From Octopus bimaculoides (Eukaryota), in contig NC_068991.1 of the NCBI RefSeq assembly GCF_001194135.2, positions 53,552,810 to 53,616,809 on the forward strand: DNA of 64,000 nt, read 5' to 3'. The notes below the pieces were generated by a model that worked only from the letters and a program-made list of their open reading frames with translations, ran no database searches and was not told where the DNA came from. Below are positions 12,101 through 23,383 of the stretch, piece after piece. The first letter of the stretch is position 1. Each line of letters opens with the position of its first letter. The position numbers were made by a program, and so were the translations under genes.

Positions 12101-12540
12101 TTCGGCAATTTCCGTAATGAAAGAGGGAAAGGGCGTTAGTCAGCGACAGCTTTGATCTGTTAAGAACACATGCCAGTTATCTCTCTTTCCCCCCCTCTCT
12201 TAAGAACACATGCCAGTTATCTCTCGCTTTCTCTCTCTATCTCTAACCCTAACCTACATGTGTTTTTAAGAGAGTGTGAAAGAGATAGATAGAGAGAGAG
12301 AAAGCGAGAGAGTGTGAAAGAGATAGACAGAGAGAAAGCGAGAGAGTGTGAAAGAGATAGACAGAGAGAGAGAAAGCGAGAGATAAGTGACGTGTTTTTA
12401 AGAGAGGGGGAGGGAGGAGGAAAGAGAGATAACTGGCATGTGTTCTTAAGGGATGGGTTTTCCTGCTGTCTGCTTACCTAACAGATCAAAGCTGTCACTG
12501 ACTAACGTCCTTTCCCTCTTTCTTTACGGAAATTGCCGAA
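12101..12540. mobile_element. Non-autonomous element with ~62 bp terminal inverted repeats, nested inner inverted repeats and a GA-rich tandem core
   Basis: 12101-12162 pairs with 12479-12540 (2 mismatches). The inner IR ttaagaacacatgccagttatctctc is duplicated on the left and has one copy on the right. The core has ~30 bp GA tandem units and a ctaaccctaacc motif. Confidence 0.8.
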
Positions 12541-12846
12541 CGATTGTCAAACGATTTGGCATTTAGAGAACTTGTACCGAAAGATTGCCCAACGTTTCGC
12601 TGAAACCATTATTATAATAGAATTACATTGGTCTGTTGTTAAGAGTTGTTTAATTACGGAAAAAAACCAGATTTTCTTTTTAGTAACAGCTTTTTTTTTT
12701 GCTTTTAATAATTTTGATTGTATTAAATTTGTAGGTTATTAATTCTTATTTATTATTTTATAACTTTATCCACTTTAAATTTGTAAATTACATTTACTAT
12801 GCCATTCCAAGACTAATTCTTAGTCTGCTTTATTCCTCTTTTCAAG

Positions 12847-12869
12847 ATGTGATATCTTCATTTTGCAAA
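12847..12869 (+). other. Candidate 23-nt 5'-UTR micro-exon
   Basis: Pyrimidine tract ctgctttattcctcttttcaag| followed by 23 nt and a perfect |gtaagt donor. No transcript evidence. Confidence 0.3.
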
Positions 12870-15518
12870 GTAAGTGAATTTATATAATTTTAATGCTTAT
12901 GATACTGACTGGCTCTACAGATGTCACAAAACAATGGTGATGCTGCTACTGCTAAATATGTATAGTATTTAGATAGTGTTTTGGGGTATTATTGAAGTTG
13001 GTTAAAGCCTAGAGATAATATTTTGCATTGGTGAAAAGAGACGGTTTTAGTTTCCTTTTCAAAGTTTAAGATAATCCAAGATTTTTAAACAGTAATTTTC
13101 AGCCCGTAATATCTTAAATATCGTTTTCAATGGTCATTTTTAGACAGTTTTCGATTGAAAAGGTTTCTCAAAGAAGAGCTCAATGAAGTGAGAAATAAAT
13201 CATGTACTCCTTTCTTTTTCCTTTTTCATGTTCTTTCCTTGTTTTGCAAATTACTTAGTGATCTTACTGGTGCTGATGACATGAAAAAAAAGAAAGCACC
13301 CAGTACACACCTTATGGTTGTGGGTATTAAGAAGGACATCCAGCTATAGAAACCACACCAAAGCTGACATTGGAGCTTGATGCAGCCTTACAGATCACTG
13401 ATCCTGCCCTTTCTATGCCAGCATTGAAAATGAATATTAAATGATGATGATAATGAAAGATACTTTTGGAGCTTAGAACCATATTTTTAAATGTAGATAT
13501 AGTCATGTAATAGTAATTAATCTTGCCCACATTTATTAATCTTGCACACATACTTCTTTGGAAGAGAATTCTAACAATAATACAAACAAAATTGTATTGT
13601 TATTTACTTTCCAATTTTTTCTTATCAAAAATTGGGTTGGAATTTCAGCAGTCAGTTTTGGAAATGACAATAACATGAACAAGAACTTCAGTCTTAATAA
13701 AGGTTAAGAAATTTCCATGTTCATTTTGTTGATATTTCAATCTAGAGAACATAGTTTTCAGAAATATTGATGTTTGTAATATTGCAATAGATTGTTGAAT
13801 GGTAAAACTATAATTTGATGTTTGGCATTTATTTGAAAGTAGTTAAATATTAAAAATAAGTGATATTTTTTGCTTGAGAATGATAGCAAATACTTAGAGG
13901 AGTTGATGTCCTGTAGAAAATGTGGTAAAGTATAAGATAATAAATGTAAATGTTGAGGAAAATATAACCTAGGATTTAATTTAGGGTATTTTTATGAGTA
14001 AAGACTGTTCTTGTCTTTTAGTTATGGAAAAGTTTACTATAAGTTAACAAATGAGATGTCTTATTACTTCAGCAAGTAAGGTGAAAGCTAGGCTTTGCTG
14101 GGGAGGTCTAATAAAATAAAAACATATCTGGAATTGTCTCTCCTATTTACCAAATACTTAAAGTAATATTTTCTTTTATTCTCTACCTTTTTTTAATTAG
14201 ATTTTTGTTGCTCTACCTTAAATATGTTCATCCCTACTGAATTATTGATCTTCATGAAGATGACATTTTTGAGTAATTAAAATATTGCATATGAGCATGT
14301 AAAAAATTAGGAGAGAAAATAATTGAATCTAAGAATGACATTTTAGTTCCTATAAATGTTTAAATTATCTGTGTAAAAGGTAACAATTAAACAGATGTTT
14401 CATCAAAGTTTTCTTTATATTAACATTTTCTAAATGTTAAAGCATTATTTACCATAAGGTGTATTTATATAATATTGAATAATTTCCATGACATTTAGTA
14501 GAATATATTGTGGAAGTCTGTAAATGCCACTTTTATTTTGTTTTATTTTGTTTCAGAAATTTACCAAGCTATATATTTACTCATAATTTTTCTCAATACA
14601 GTTTTATTTGTAAGTTCGTTGTATTATTTAGTTTGTATTTTAATTTTTTTATGTTTCTACAAGAGTCATTTCATAGGTGTGTACATGTTTGCATAAGATC
14701 ATAATTACTATTTAAAAAACAAAAGCAATTCCCCTCCCTGCCTCCTTCCCCCATATTACTCGCTATAAAAAGAGGTGAAATTAACATTAATTTCTGAAGT
14801 AGAACTTCTCTTTAATATATAAGCTTATATATAATTTCATCTACTTGACACATTTGTTAAAGTATTGTTTTATAGGCTCTTTCACTCTTATCAAATTCCC
14901 ATTTTTATATGATTTACTGTTATTAAAAAACAAAAAAAAAAAAATAAAAGATGGTTTGTACTTATTAGGAACCTTTCTGTTTAAATTTATTTCGATATTT
15001 ACTGAATAGCCAGCACAAGTTTTTCTGTTTTGACAAGGAATTTTATAACTTTCAATGAAACCTAAGTAGAACACAACATATTTTTGTGAAATCTACTCGA
15101 CTTGGCAGTTCTTAGACTACTATTACAGCTAATAAGAAAAGTTATATTATACTATTTATTTATTACATTTATTAGTTATACATACAATTCATTAGCTGTT
15201 AAAGTACTCGAGCATTGATGCAGTCAGAATTCAAGTAGGTATCAGACCCAATAGTATGGTAAGTCCTGGTTATATAATAATGCTTTCTTTCTCTATTGAA
15301 CAACTACTTAATTTTATTGATATCAATGAAGTAGGGGCAGTTATGTTTCATTAGTCTGCAGTGCTCAGTTGAAGTTCTTTTAATATATAGTTAATGGAAC
15401 ATCTCATCTCATATCCTTTATCAAGTCTCATGATATAGCAACACTTTTTCGCCATAGTGCACAGACTAAAAAAAATAGTTTACATCAAAGTTAACCTTTT
15501 AAGAAATGAGGTGATATA

Positions 15519-15916
15519 GGAGCAGTAGTGGCTGTGTGATTAGAAGCTTACTTCCCAACCACATGGTTTCAGGTTCAGTCCCACTGTGCAGCACTTGGGC
15601 AGGTGTCTTCTACAATAGTCTCAAGCCAGCCAATGTCTTGTTAGTGGATTTGGTAGACGGAAACTGAAAGAAGCCCATCATACATACATATATATATATA
15701 TGCGTGGGTGTCTGTGTTTGTCCCCTACCATACTTGACAGTGCCCCTTTAACTTAGTGGTTCAGCAAAAAAAGACTGATAGAATAAGTACTAGGCTTAAA
15801 GAAAAAAGGAGGGGGGGTGGAAACAAGTACTGGGGTTGATTCATTTGACTAAAAAAAATTCTTCAAGGTGTTGTCCCAGCATGGCCTCAGTCTAACGACT
15901 GAAACAAGTAAAAAGA
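15519..15916 (+). mobile_element. tRNA-derived SINE family A, full length, CpG-decayed
   Basis: Head, (TA)n middle and gactgaaacaagtaaaa tail, as in the copies at 8535 and 45133. Confidence 0.85.
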
Positions 15917-16191
15917 TGAAAGGAAAGATATGACTTTGGTAAATGACACTAACAACTTTTACAACCATTTTAACCATTTTATCAAATGAGTATTGATGTA
16001 TTTATATCATTGACCCTTGTACATGTATGTTTAGCAAATTGTATTACATCAGTGCAGCTTTTCTGCAACAAAAACTGTTGATCAAGCTAATTTTTTCATT
16101 GTCTACAAATGTTACATTTCTAAAAGATAAATCTATTTTTTGCTTTCTGGTAATATCAATTTCTCTGGTCTAGTCATACAACTGGCACTGT

Positions 16192-16500
16192 GTTGGTTAT
16201 GACAAACTGTGTTCCAGCTGATCTGATCAATGGAACAGCCTGCTTGTGAAGTTAATGTTCAAGTGGTTGAGCACTCCACAGACACATGTATCCTTGACAT
16301 AGTTCTGAAGGAGATTCAGCATTACACAGAATGTGTCAAGATTGGCCCTTTAAAATACAGGTACAACTCATATTTGCCAGTTGAGTGAACTGGGCAATGT
16401 GAAATAAAGTGTGTTGCTCAAGGACACAATGTGTCATCAGGAATTGAACTCACAACCTTATGATCATGAACCAAATGCCCTAACCACTAAGCTACACACG
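16192..16500 (-). mobile_element. tRNA-derived SINE related to family C, decayed
   Basis: Reverse complement of the ctcagccacttgcacgttaatttcacgagcaggctgttccgttgatc body, followed by a tRNA-like head. Confidence 0.7.
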
Positions 16501-16504
16501 TTCA

Positions 16505-16945
16505 TTTAGTCTGCTTTCCATGCTAGCATGGGTTGGACGATTTGACTGAGGACTGGCGAACCAGATGGCTGCACCAGGTTCCAGTCTGATCTGGCAGAGT
16601 TTCTACAGCTGGATGCCCTTCCTAACGCCAACCACTCTGAGAATGTCATGGGTGCTTTTACGTGCCAGTCAGGTGGTACTGGCAACGGCTATGCTCAAGT
16701 GGTGTTTTTTATGTGCCACCTGCACAGGAGCCAGTCCAGCGGCACTGGCAATGACCTTGCTTGAATGTTTTTTCACGTGCCACTGGCACAAGTGCCGGTA
16801 AGGCGACGCTGGTAACGGTCATGTTCGAATGGTGCTTTTTACATGCCACCGGCACAGAAGCCAGACAACTGCCCTGGCAGCAATCATGCTCGGATGGTGC
16901 TCTTAGCGCTCCACTGGCATGGATGCCAGTCATCGAATTTGCAAT
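16505..16945 (-). mobile_element. RTE LINE 3' UTR with ~48 bp internal tandem repeats
   Basis: Same tail and gtgccaccggcac-containing units as 18850-19145 and 22170-22620. Confidence 0.8.
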
Positions 16946-18014
16946 AAATATATAACCCTTTGATCAATAAAAGAAGACCCAAACTGAAATAAGTAGGATG
17001 TAAAATTGATTGCCTAAATTCTTTGAAGACATTGCCCTGACATAACTGCTGTTCAATGACTGAACAAATAAAAATGAAATAAATACATATATGTTAGGCT
17101 TCTACACAGTTTCCATTTCCTGAATTTTCACTCTCAAAGCCTTGTTCAATGTGAGGCTACAGTAGAAAACACCTTTTTCATGAGTGCCATACAGTGGAAT
17201 GAAACCTAGAACCTTGTAGTTACAAAATGAATTCTTTAACCACACAACTATGCTTGTGCCTATTGTTTTAACATTTTTTTTCTTTTTGTTTAAATTTTGA
17301 GCATTATGTATGATTTGTGTTGAAAGTTACTCTGTCATAACTTTATCAGATTTATGATGTTTTTGGTGATGAGCAGCCATTTGAATTTCTTAAGTAGTTT
17401 CAAATCTCAGTTTCTGTAAACTGAATGCAACACATGTTCAAAATATCTAGTTGATAAGAGCGTTGTAGTTTGCTTGAAGCATATTCGTTCCGAAGAATGA
17501 AAATAAAAGGGAAAATAAGAAAGCTTCTAAGTAGGAAGCAGTCTTGGAAAAGTCCAGTTGCACTGATTCAAGACTGTTTTCTTTTGAGGAATGGCCTTTT
17601 TGCCTGAAATATAAAGGTTTTTGTAAAAGTTTCTGCATTCATAGAAGTTTTCTTATTTTCTCTTTTATTTAGTTGAACTTCAAACTAGGTGTTTGTGTAG
17701 TTACCTCATTCTATCAAATAATTTATTTTCTAGTTATACTTTAAATCATTGTTGTCATCTCTTTTGTTGTTGTGTTTGTTGTTTGTCTCAGATCAGTTCA
17801 GAATGAATAGATTTATAATGAAAATATTCTAGCCAGCAACATGTGTACTTATTTTCTTTCTGAAGTTTGTAAACTGTCTCAACTCTTTGTCTGTCTTGTG
17901 TATCACATATGACACACAAGACATATTTCCCTGGCACTCATGTATTAAACATGTTAGACATTCCCAATTTTTTCAACCACCAGAGTAACTTGGGACCTAT
18001 GAAATGAAAACTCA

Positions 18015-18340
18015 GTAGAGGTTAGTGCTTCTGGCTCACAACCATGAGGTAGTGAGTTTGATTCCCAGGATAGACAGTGTGTTGTGTTCTTGAGTAAGAC
18101 ACTTATTTCATGTTGCTCCAGTTCACTCAGCTGTAGAAATGAGTTGTGATGTCAATGGTGCCATGCTGTATCAATGTTTGCCTTTCCCTTGAATAACATC
18201 AGTGGCATGAAGAGGGGAGGCTGGTATGCATAGGTGACTACTGGCCTTCCACAAACAACCTTGCTTGGACTTGTCCCTCTGAGGGTAACTTTCTAGGTGC
18301 AATCCCATGGTCATTCATGACTGAAGGCGGTCTTTATGTT
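18015..18340 (+). mobile_element. Decayed tRNA-derived SINE
   Basis: gaggttagtgcttctggctcacaaccatgaggtagtgagtttgattccc head followed by a SINE-like body. Confidence 0.55.
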
Positions 18341-18344
18341 TTTA

Positions 18345-19145
18345 CTCAGAAAGTATGAAACAAGGCAGTGAAACATGGGCCGTGACTGCTGAGGATATGC
18401 GTAAACTTGCAAGGAATGAAGCCAGTATGCTCCGTTGGATGTGTAATGTCAGTGTGCATACTTGACAGAGTGTAAGTACCTTGAGAAAAAAGTTGGACCT
18501 AAGAAGCATCAGATGTGGTGTGCAAGAGAGACGACTGCGCTGGTATGGTCATGTGGATGAGGATAGCTGTGTGAAAAATTGCCACACCCTAGCGGTTGAG
18601 GGAACCTGTGGAAGAGGTAGACCTAGGAAGACCTGGGATGAGGTGGTGAAGCCCGACCTTTGAACATTAGGCCTCACCAAGGCAATTACTAGTGATTGAA
18701 ACCTTTGGAGATAAGCTGTGCTTGAGAAGACCTGGTAAGCCAAGTAAGACCATAACCTGTGGCCTATGCCAGGGGTGTAACCAACCCATTTATGTGTACT
18801 TTTCCTTCATTGGATACTAAATTCTGCTTGCAATGACATGTTGAGACAAGTGAAATTGAAATCAAATTCGATGACAGCACTGCTTGACTAGCATCCGTGC
18901 TAGTGGAGTGCTAAGAGCACCATCCAAGCGTGATTGTTGCCAGTACCGCCTGACTGGCCCTCATGCCGGTGGCACGTAAAAGCACCCACTACACTCTCGG
19001 AGTAGTTGGCATTAGGAAGGGCATCCAGCTGTAGAAACTCTGCCAGATCAGATTGGAGCCTGGTGCAGCCATCTGGCTCGCCAGTCCTCAGTCAACTCGT
19101 CCAACCCATGCCAGCATGGAAAGCAGACGTTAAACAATGATGATG
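18345..19145 (+). mobile_element. 5'-truncated RTE-clade LINE (ORF C-terminus plus 3' UTR)
   Basis: GSETWAVTAEDMRKLARNEASMLRWMC ... RRLRWYGHV ... GRGRPRKTWDEVV, with an (atg)n tail. Confidence 0.9.
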
Positions 19146-19579
19146 GTTAACAAGTAAAAATGCATAACAATAGATAAATCCAAGTTGAGGGGCGAGAACC
19201 AGTAGAAATGCATGCTGCATATGTTTCTCAGCTAGCTGAAGCTATTGATGTAATAGTTATGCAATAGTTATGTTCTCTATACCTGCTACTCACTGCTTAA
19301 AGCTTATGAACCTCTTATATTGGGATGCCCAGATTGTGTATGTGTATATTTATATATATTCTTTCATTCATTTTAGTCATGTGGCTTGAGTCATGCTGGA
19401 GCACCACTCTGGTTTTGCACCATCACTTATGATTATTCTTCAGCTGATTTCCTCAGGCTGCAGGGTTTCACATCACCACTCCTGTATGTGCGTTTGTTTC
19501 GGCTGTTGGCTCATTTGGTGTATGAGAGAGTTTGATTCCGCTGCCCTTGTCTGTACCTCATGCCAGGTTGTATATATAT

Positions 19580-20040
19580 ATATATATCACAGTATTGGCC
19601 AGACATCAGATGCTGTTATACACTGCTGATCACAGTGCACTTCCAAATCTGTCTTGATTGTGCCATTTTTTTCCATCTTAACCCAAATTGCTGAACAAGA
19701 TCAACTTCCCTTTGTTGTGGAGGCTTTTGCACTGGCCTTTACTGATCTCTTGGATACCACTTGCCAACTGCATGGGTCCATCTGTGAATCTTGTGATGTG
19801 TCTGGCCCAGTGGAACTTGTGCTTTCAATATTCTGCAATTACATTGTTCACTCCACTCCATTCTCTAATTGCTTCACTTTGAATATGTTCTCGTAATGAT
19901 ATTCCTAGCATGGATCATTCTGGAGTAGATGCGAGATGTCAAATCTGGCCTGTTTGAACTTTGTCCTTTGCTTTGCAGCCAGTCAATGTTCTGTCCTCTT
20001 CATAGTAGCCCACACCTCACTTGCATATAAGGATGTGCAT
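19580..20040 (-). mobile_element. Second RTE-type LINE family, 3' fragment
   Basis: Minus-strand LLYASEVW and FHWARHITRFTD..WTHAVGKWYPRD, matching the RTE W.WAGH.AR..D.RW motif. Confidence 0.7.
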
Positions 20041-20384
20041 AAAACAAAGGTAGTCAATACCATATATGTAACTCCTTATATATTTTAGTTAATTTCTCTG
20101 TTTCATCTCCATGACTCATCATCTTCATGTTGAATTTATTTATAATCCTCAGGTGTCAGATTACTTTTAACTCTAATTCAGTTCAATTAAAAACAGTAGA
20201 TTTTCGAATTTGGCTTACTCTGGTTCCATAAGGGGCAAGTGACTTCTTAGAATGTTAGAATCCTTACTGTATCACTTGTGTACTTTGACTCTTGCTATTA
20301 TTTTTGTTTACTAATATCTGGACTGTAATTTAATTGTATTTTTATTAAAGATGTATTTACAATATTAACAAATTGCAAAATTAA

Positions 20385-20535
20385 CCCTTTCACATTCAGA
20401 TTATTCTGTTAAATGTAATGTGTATCTATTCACATTGTTTTGAATTTATCCTGCCTTCTGTTTGAACTTAAAGAAAGTAGAATATTTTGGCCAGACATGG
20501 CCAGATTAAATGTTAAACAGTTAAATGCTAAAGGG
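20385..20535. mobile_element. piggyBac-like MITE, internally deleted
   Basis: TTAA|CCCTTT ... GCTAAAGGG|TTAA. Confidence 0.75.
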
Positions 20536-20616
20536 TTAATGAATGTATCTGAATATTTTCTCTTATCTTGATATCCATTTGAAAAGAAATTCTTACTAAA
20601 CAATATTAAAAATTTT

Positions 20617-20693
<77 letters not shown>

Positions 20694-20713
20694 AGAGTAT
20701 CTTGGATTGCTGT

Positions 20714-20919
20714 ATGTCTACGCTTCGAGAATGGAAAAAGTTAGCCTGGTTTGGCACAATTGCGTTCACACTTTTTACGTTAATGAACTTTTTTCAATAC
20801 ACAAAGAACCAGACTAGCATCGATGCCAGAAATAATATTCCAGCTGGAAAGGAAAAAGGACATCTGAAGACCATCATCGACATGTTATGTCCAAACAGTG
20901 GGACACTCTGCACTGAGAG
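20714..20919 (+). CDS. Coding exon 1 of a putative type II membrane glycosyltransferase-like protein (cytosolic tail, signal anchor, stem)
   Basis: Acceptor tttag| at 20695 and ATG at 20714. MSTLREWKK is followed by hydrophobic LAWFGTIAFTLFTLMNFF. Donor GAG-AG|gtttgt at 20920 (phase 2) matches the next exon. Confidence 0.8.
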
Positions 20920-21119
20920 GTTTGTTAGTCTTATTTCTATCCACCCATAATATGTAGCATTAGGAATGTTGCTTCTCTCAAGTACTTTTCCATCGTTGAA
21001 TAAAGTTTTGAGCACCAAAACATTTTTGACTATGCTTATTTATTTCCATCATAAGTTCTTCAGATTTTACCATTTCAAAACACAAATACTTCATAATGCC
21101 CTGTTTCTCTTCTATAAGT

Positions 21120-21275
21120 CGATCACACTGACCCCAGTACTTAACTGGTACTTAATTTATTGACCCTAAAAGGATGAAAGGCAAAGTCGACCTTGGCGGA
21201 ATTTGATCTCAGAACGTAACGACAGGTGAAATACCACTAAGCATTTTGCCTGGTATGCTAATGATTCTGTCAGCC
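21120..21275 (-). mobile_element. SINE family B (central ttcatcctttcggggtcgataaaataagtaccag domain)
   Basis: Reverse complement of the family B consensus seen in the arrays at 36-47 kb. Confidence 0.75.
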
Positions 21276-21341
21276 TTATGAATGATTAATAATGAAAAAA
21301 AAATTGTGTAGATGTAGATGTATTCTTATTTATCTGAATTG

Positions 21342-21390
<49 letters not shown>

Positions 21391-21480
21391 TACTATTGTA
21401 AATATAAGGGTAATAAATTAGAATAATTTATTACCACTAGTTAGCATACATAAATAATAGTCATAAGACGTGACGTATTT

Positions 21481-22127
21481 TTAAAAATATAAGAGTGTAT
21501 AAAATATTTTCATACACAAAGAGGAGACCATTGGCAGGACTCTTTACATTCTAAAAAGGCCAGTTAAAGCTCAAACCACAAAAAGAATTCATGAGGCATG
21601 CTGTTATAACACTAGAATGAAAAAAAAAATGAATTAGTTAATCCTGAACTTGAGTTTCGCTATTAACTGCCAAATCTGTAGCTCATCAGCAGAATTGCTA
21701 ATTAATGAATAATTATGTAATAATTTTAATTCTGAGGCTATATAGGATACAGTTTTAAATTTCTTTATTTACTGCTGGACTATATATCTATGCTCATGCA
21801 CTAAGTTCAAACCCTTAATGGATAAAGATGTAACTGACTTACTTGCACACGTGTTTTCAGTATGTATTTGCAACTACATAATTATTCATTAATTAGTGAT
21901 TCCACTGATGAGCCACAGATTCCAAATTAGTGCATTTGGCAAATAATAGCGAAACTCAAGTTCAGGATTAACTAATTAAATTTTTTTTTTGTTCTAGTGT
22001 TATAATGGCATGCCTCATGAATTCTCTTTTTTGTGGTTTGGGCTTTAACCGGCCTTTTTAGCATGTAAGAAATCCTGTCAGTGGTCTCTTCTTTGTGCAT
22101 AAAAATATTTTATACACTTTTATATCT

Positions 22128-22130
<3 letters not shown>
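21481..22130. mobile_element. Fold-back MITE with ~240 bp inverted arms, intronic
   Basis: 21481-21720 is the reverse complement of 21876-22130 apart from scattered substitutions and one ~15 bp indel. The spacer is ~155 bp. Confidence 0.9.
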
Positions 22131-22169
<39 letters not shown>

Positions 22170-22170
<1 letters not shown>

Positions 22171-23383
22171 CATCATCATCATCGTTTAACGTCCACTTTC
22201 CATGCTAGCATGGGTTGGGCGATTTGACTGAGGACTGGTGAACAGGATGGCTGCACCAGGCTCCAGTCTGACCTGGCAGAATTTCTACAGCTGGATGCCC
22301 TTCCTAACGCCAACTACTCCGAGAGTGTAGTGGGTGCTTTTACGTGCCACCGGCACAAGGGCCAGTTAGGTGGTACTGGCAATGGCCACGCTCAAAATGG
22401 TGTTTTTTACGTGCCACCAGCACAAGTGCCAGTGAGGTGACGCTGGTAGTGATCACACTCAAATAGTGCCATTTACATGTCACTGGCATGAAAGCCAGAC
22501 AGCTGCTCTGGCAATGATCACACTCGGACAGTGCTGTTAGTGCTCCGCTGGCACAGGTGCCGGTCATCGAATATGGTTCAATTACGATTTCGATTTCACT
22601 TTCTCCAACAGGTCTTCGCAAGCAGAGTTTAGTGTGAAATGAAGGAGAGATTGGCATGGGTGCCAGTCGTCGAATTAAATTCGATTTCGATTTCCTCAAC
22701 AGGTCTTTGCAAGCGGAGTTTAGTGTCCAATGAAGTAAAGATACGAATAAGTGAGCTGGCTACACTTCTGGCAGAGGCCACGGATTATGGTCTCACTTGG
22801 CTTGCCGGGTCTTCACACGTACTGCATATTTTCAAAGGTCCCGGTCACTAGTCATTGCCTCGGTGAGGCCTAATGTTCAAAGGTTGTGCTTCACCACCTC
22901 ATCCCAAGTCTTCCTGGGTCTACCTCTTCCACAGGTTCCCTCAACCACTATGGTGTGGCAATTTTTCACACAGCTATCATCACCATTCTTGCCACATGAC
23001 CATACCAGCGCAACCATCTCTCTTGTACACCACAACTGATGCTTCTTAGGTCCAACTTTTCTCTCAAGGTACTTACACTCTGTCGAGTATGCATATTGAC
23101 ATTACACATCTATCGGAGCATACTGGCTTCATTTCTTGCAAGCTTACGCATGTCCTCAGCAGTCACGGCCCATGTTTCACTGCCATGCAGCATGGCAGTT
23201 CATACACATGCGTCATACAATCTGCCTTTTACTCTGAGCGAGAGGCTCTTTGTCACCAGCAGAGGTAAGAGCTCTCTGAACTTTGCCCAGGCTATTCTTA
23301 TTCTAGCAGCTACACTTTCAGCACACCCTGCCCCGCTACTAACTTCGTCATCTAGATAGTGGACTACTTCTAGTTTTTCTTCC
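22170..23383 (-). mobile_element. RTE-clade LINE fragment (same family as 18345-19145)
   Basis: Antisense of the RT C-terminus (reverse complement of GRGRPRKTWDEVV at ~22900-22940) plus the 3' UTR tandem repeats and (cat)n tail. Runs into a gap. Confidence 0.9.

Larger units (their letters stand above)
11820..13160. promoter_or_regulatory. Local CpG-retaining island, candidate promoter of the downstream + strand gene
   Basis: CpGs persist in unique sequence (for example 12541-12660 and 13040-13160) inside an otherwise CpG-poor region. The promoter role is inferred only. Confidence 0.35.

Noticed and set aside
16620-16930. CRISPR-like periodic repeats (also 22330-22560)
   Set aside because: The inter-repeat segments resemble each other, the array is the 3' UTR of an RTE LINE, the context is eukaryotic and there are no cas genes.
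20702-20950. ORF-track version starting at TTG and ending ...RFVSLISIHP
   Set aside because: The last residues are intronic, past the donor at 20920. ATG 20714 is the first Met, although an upstream phase-0 coding exon cannot be excluded.
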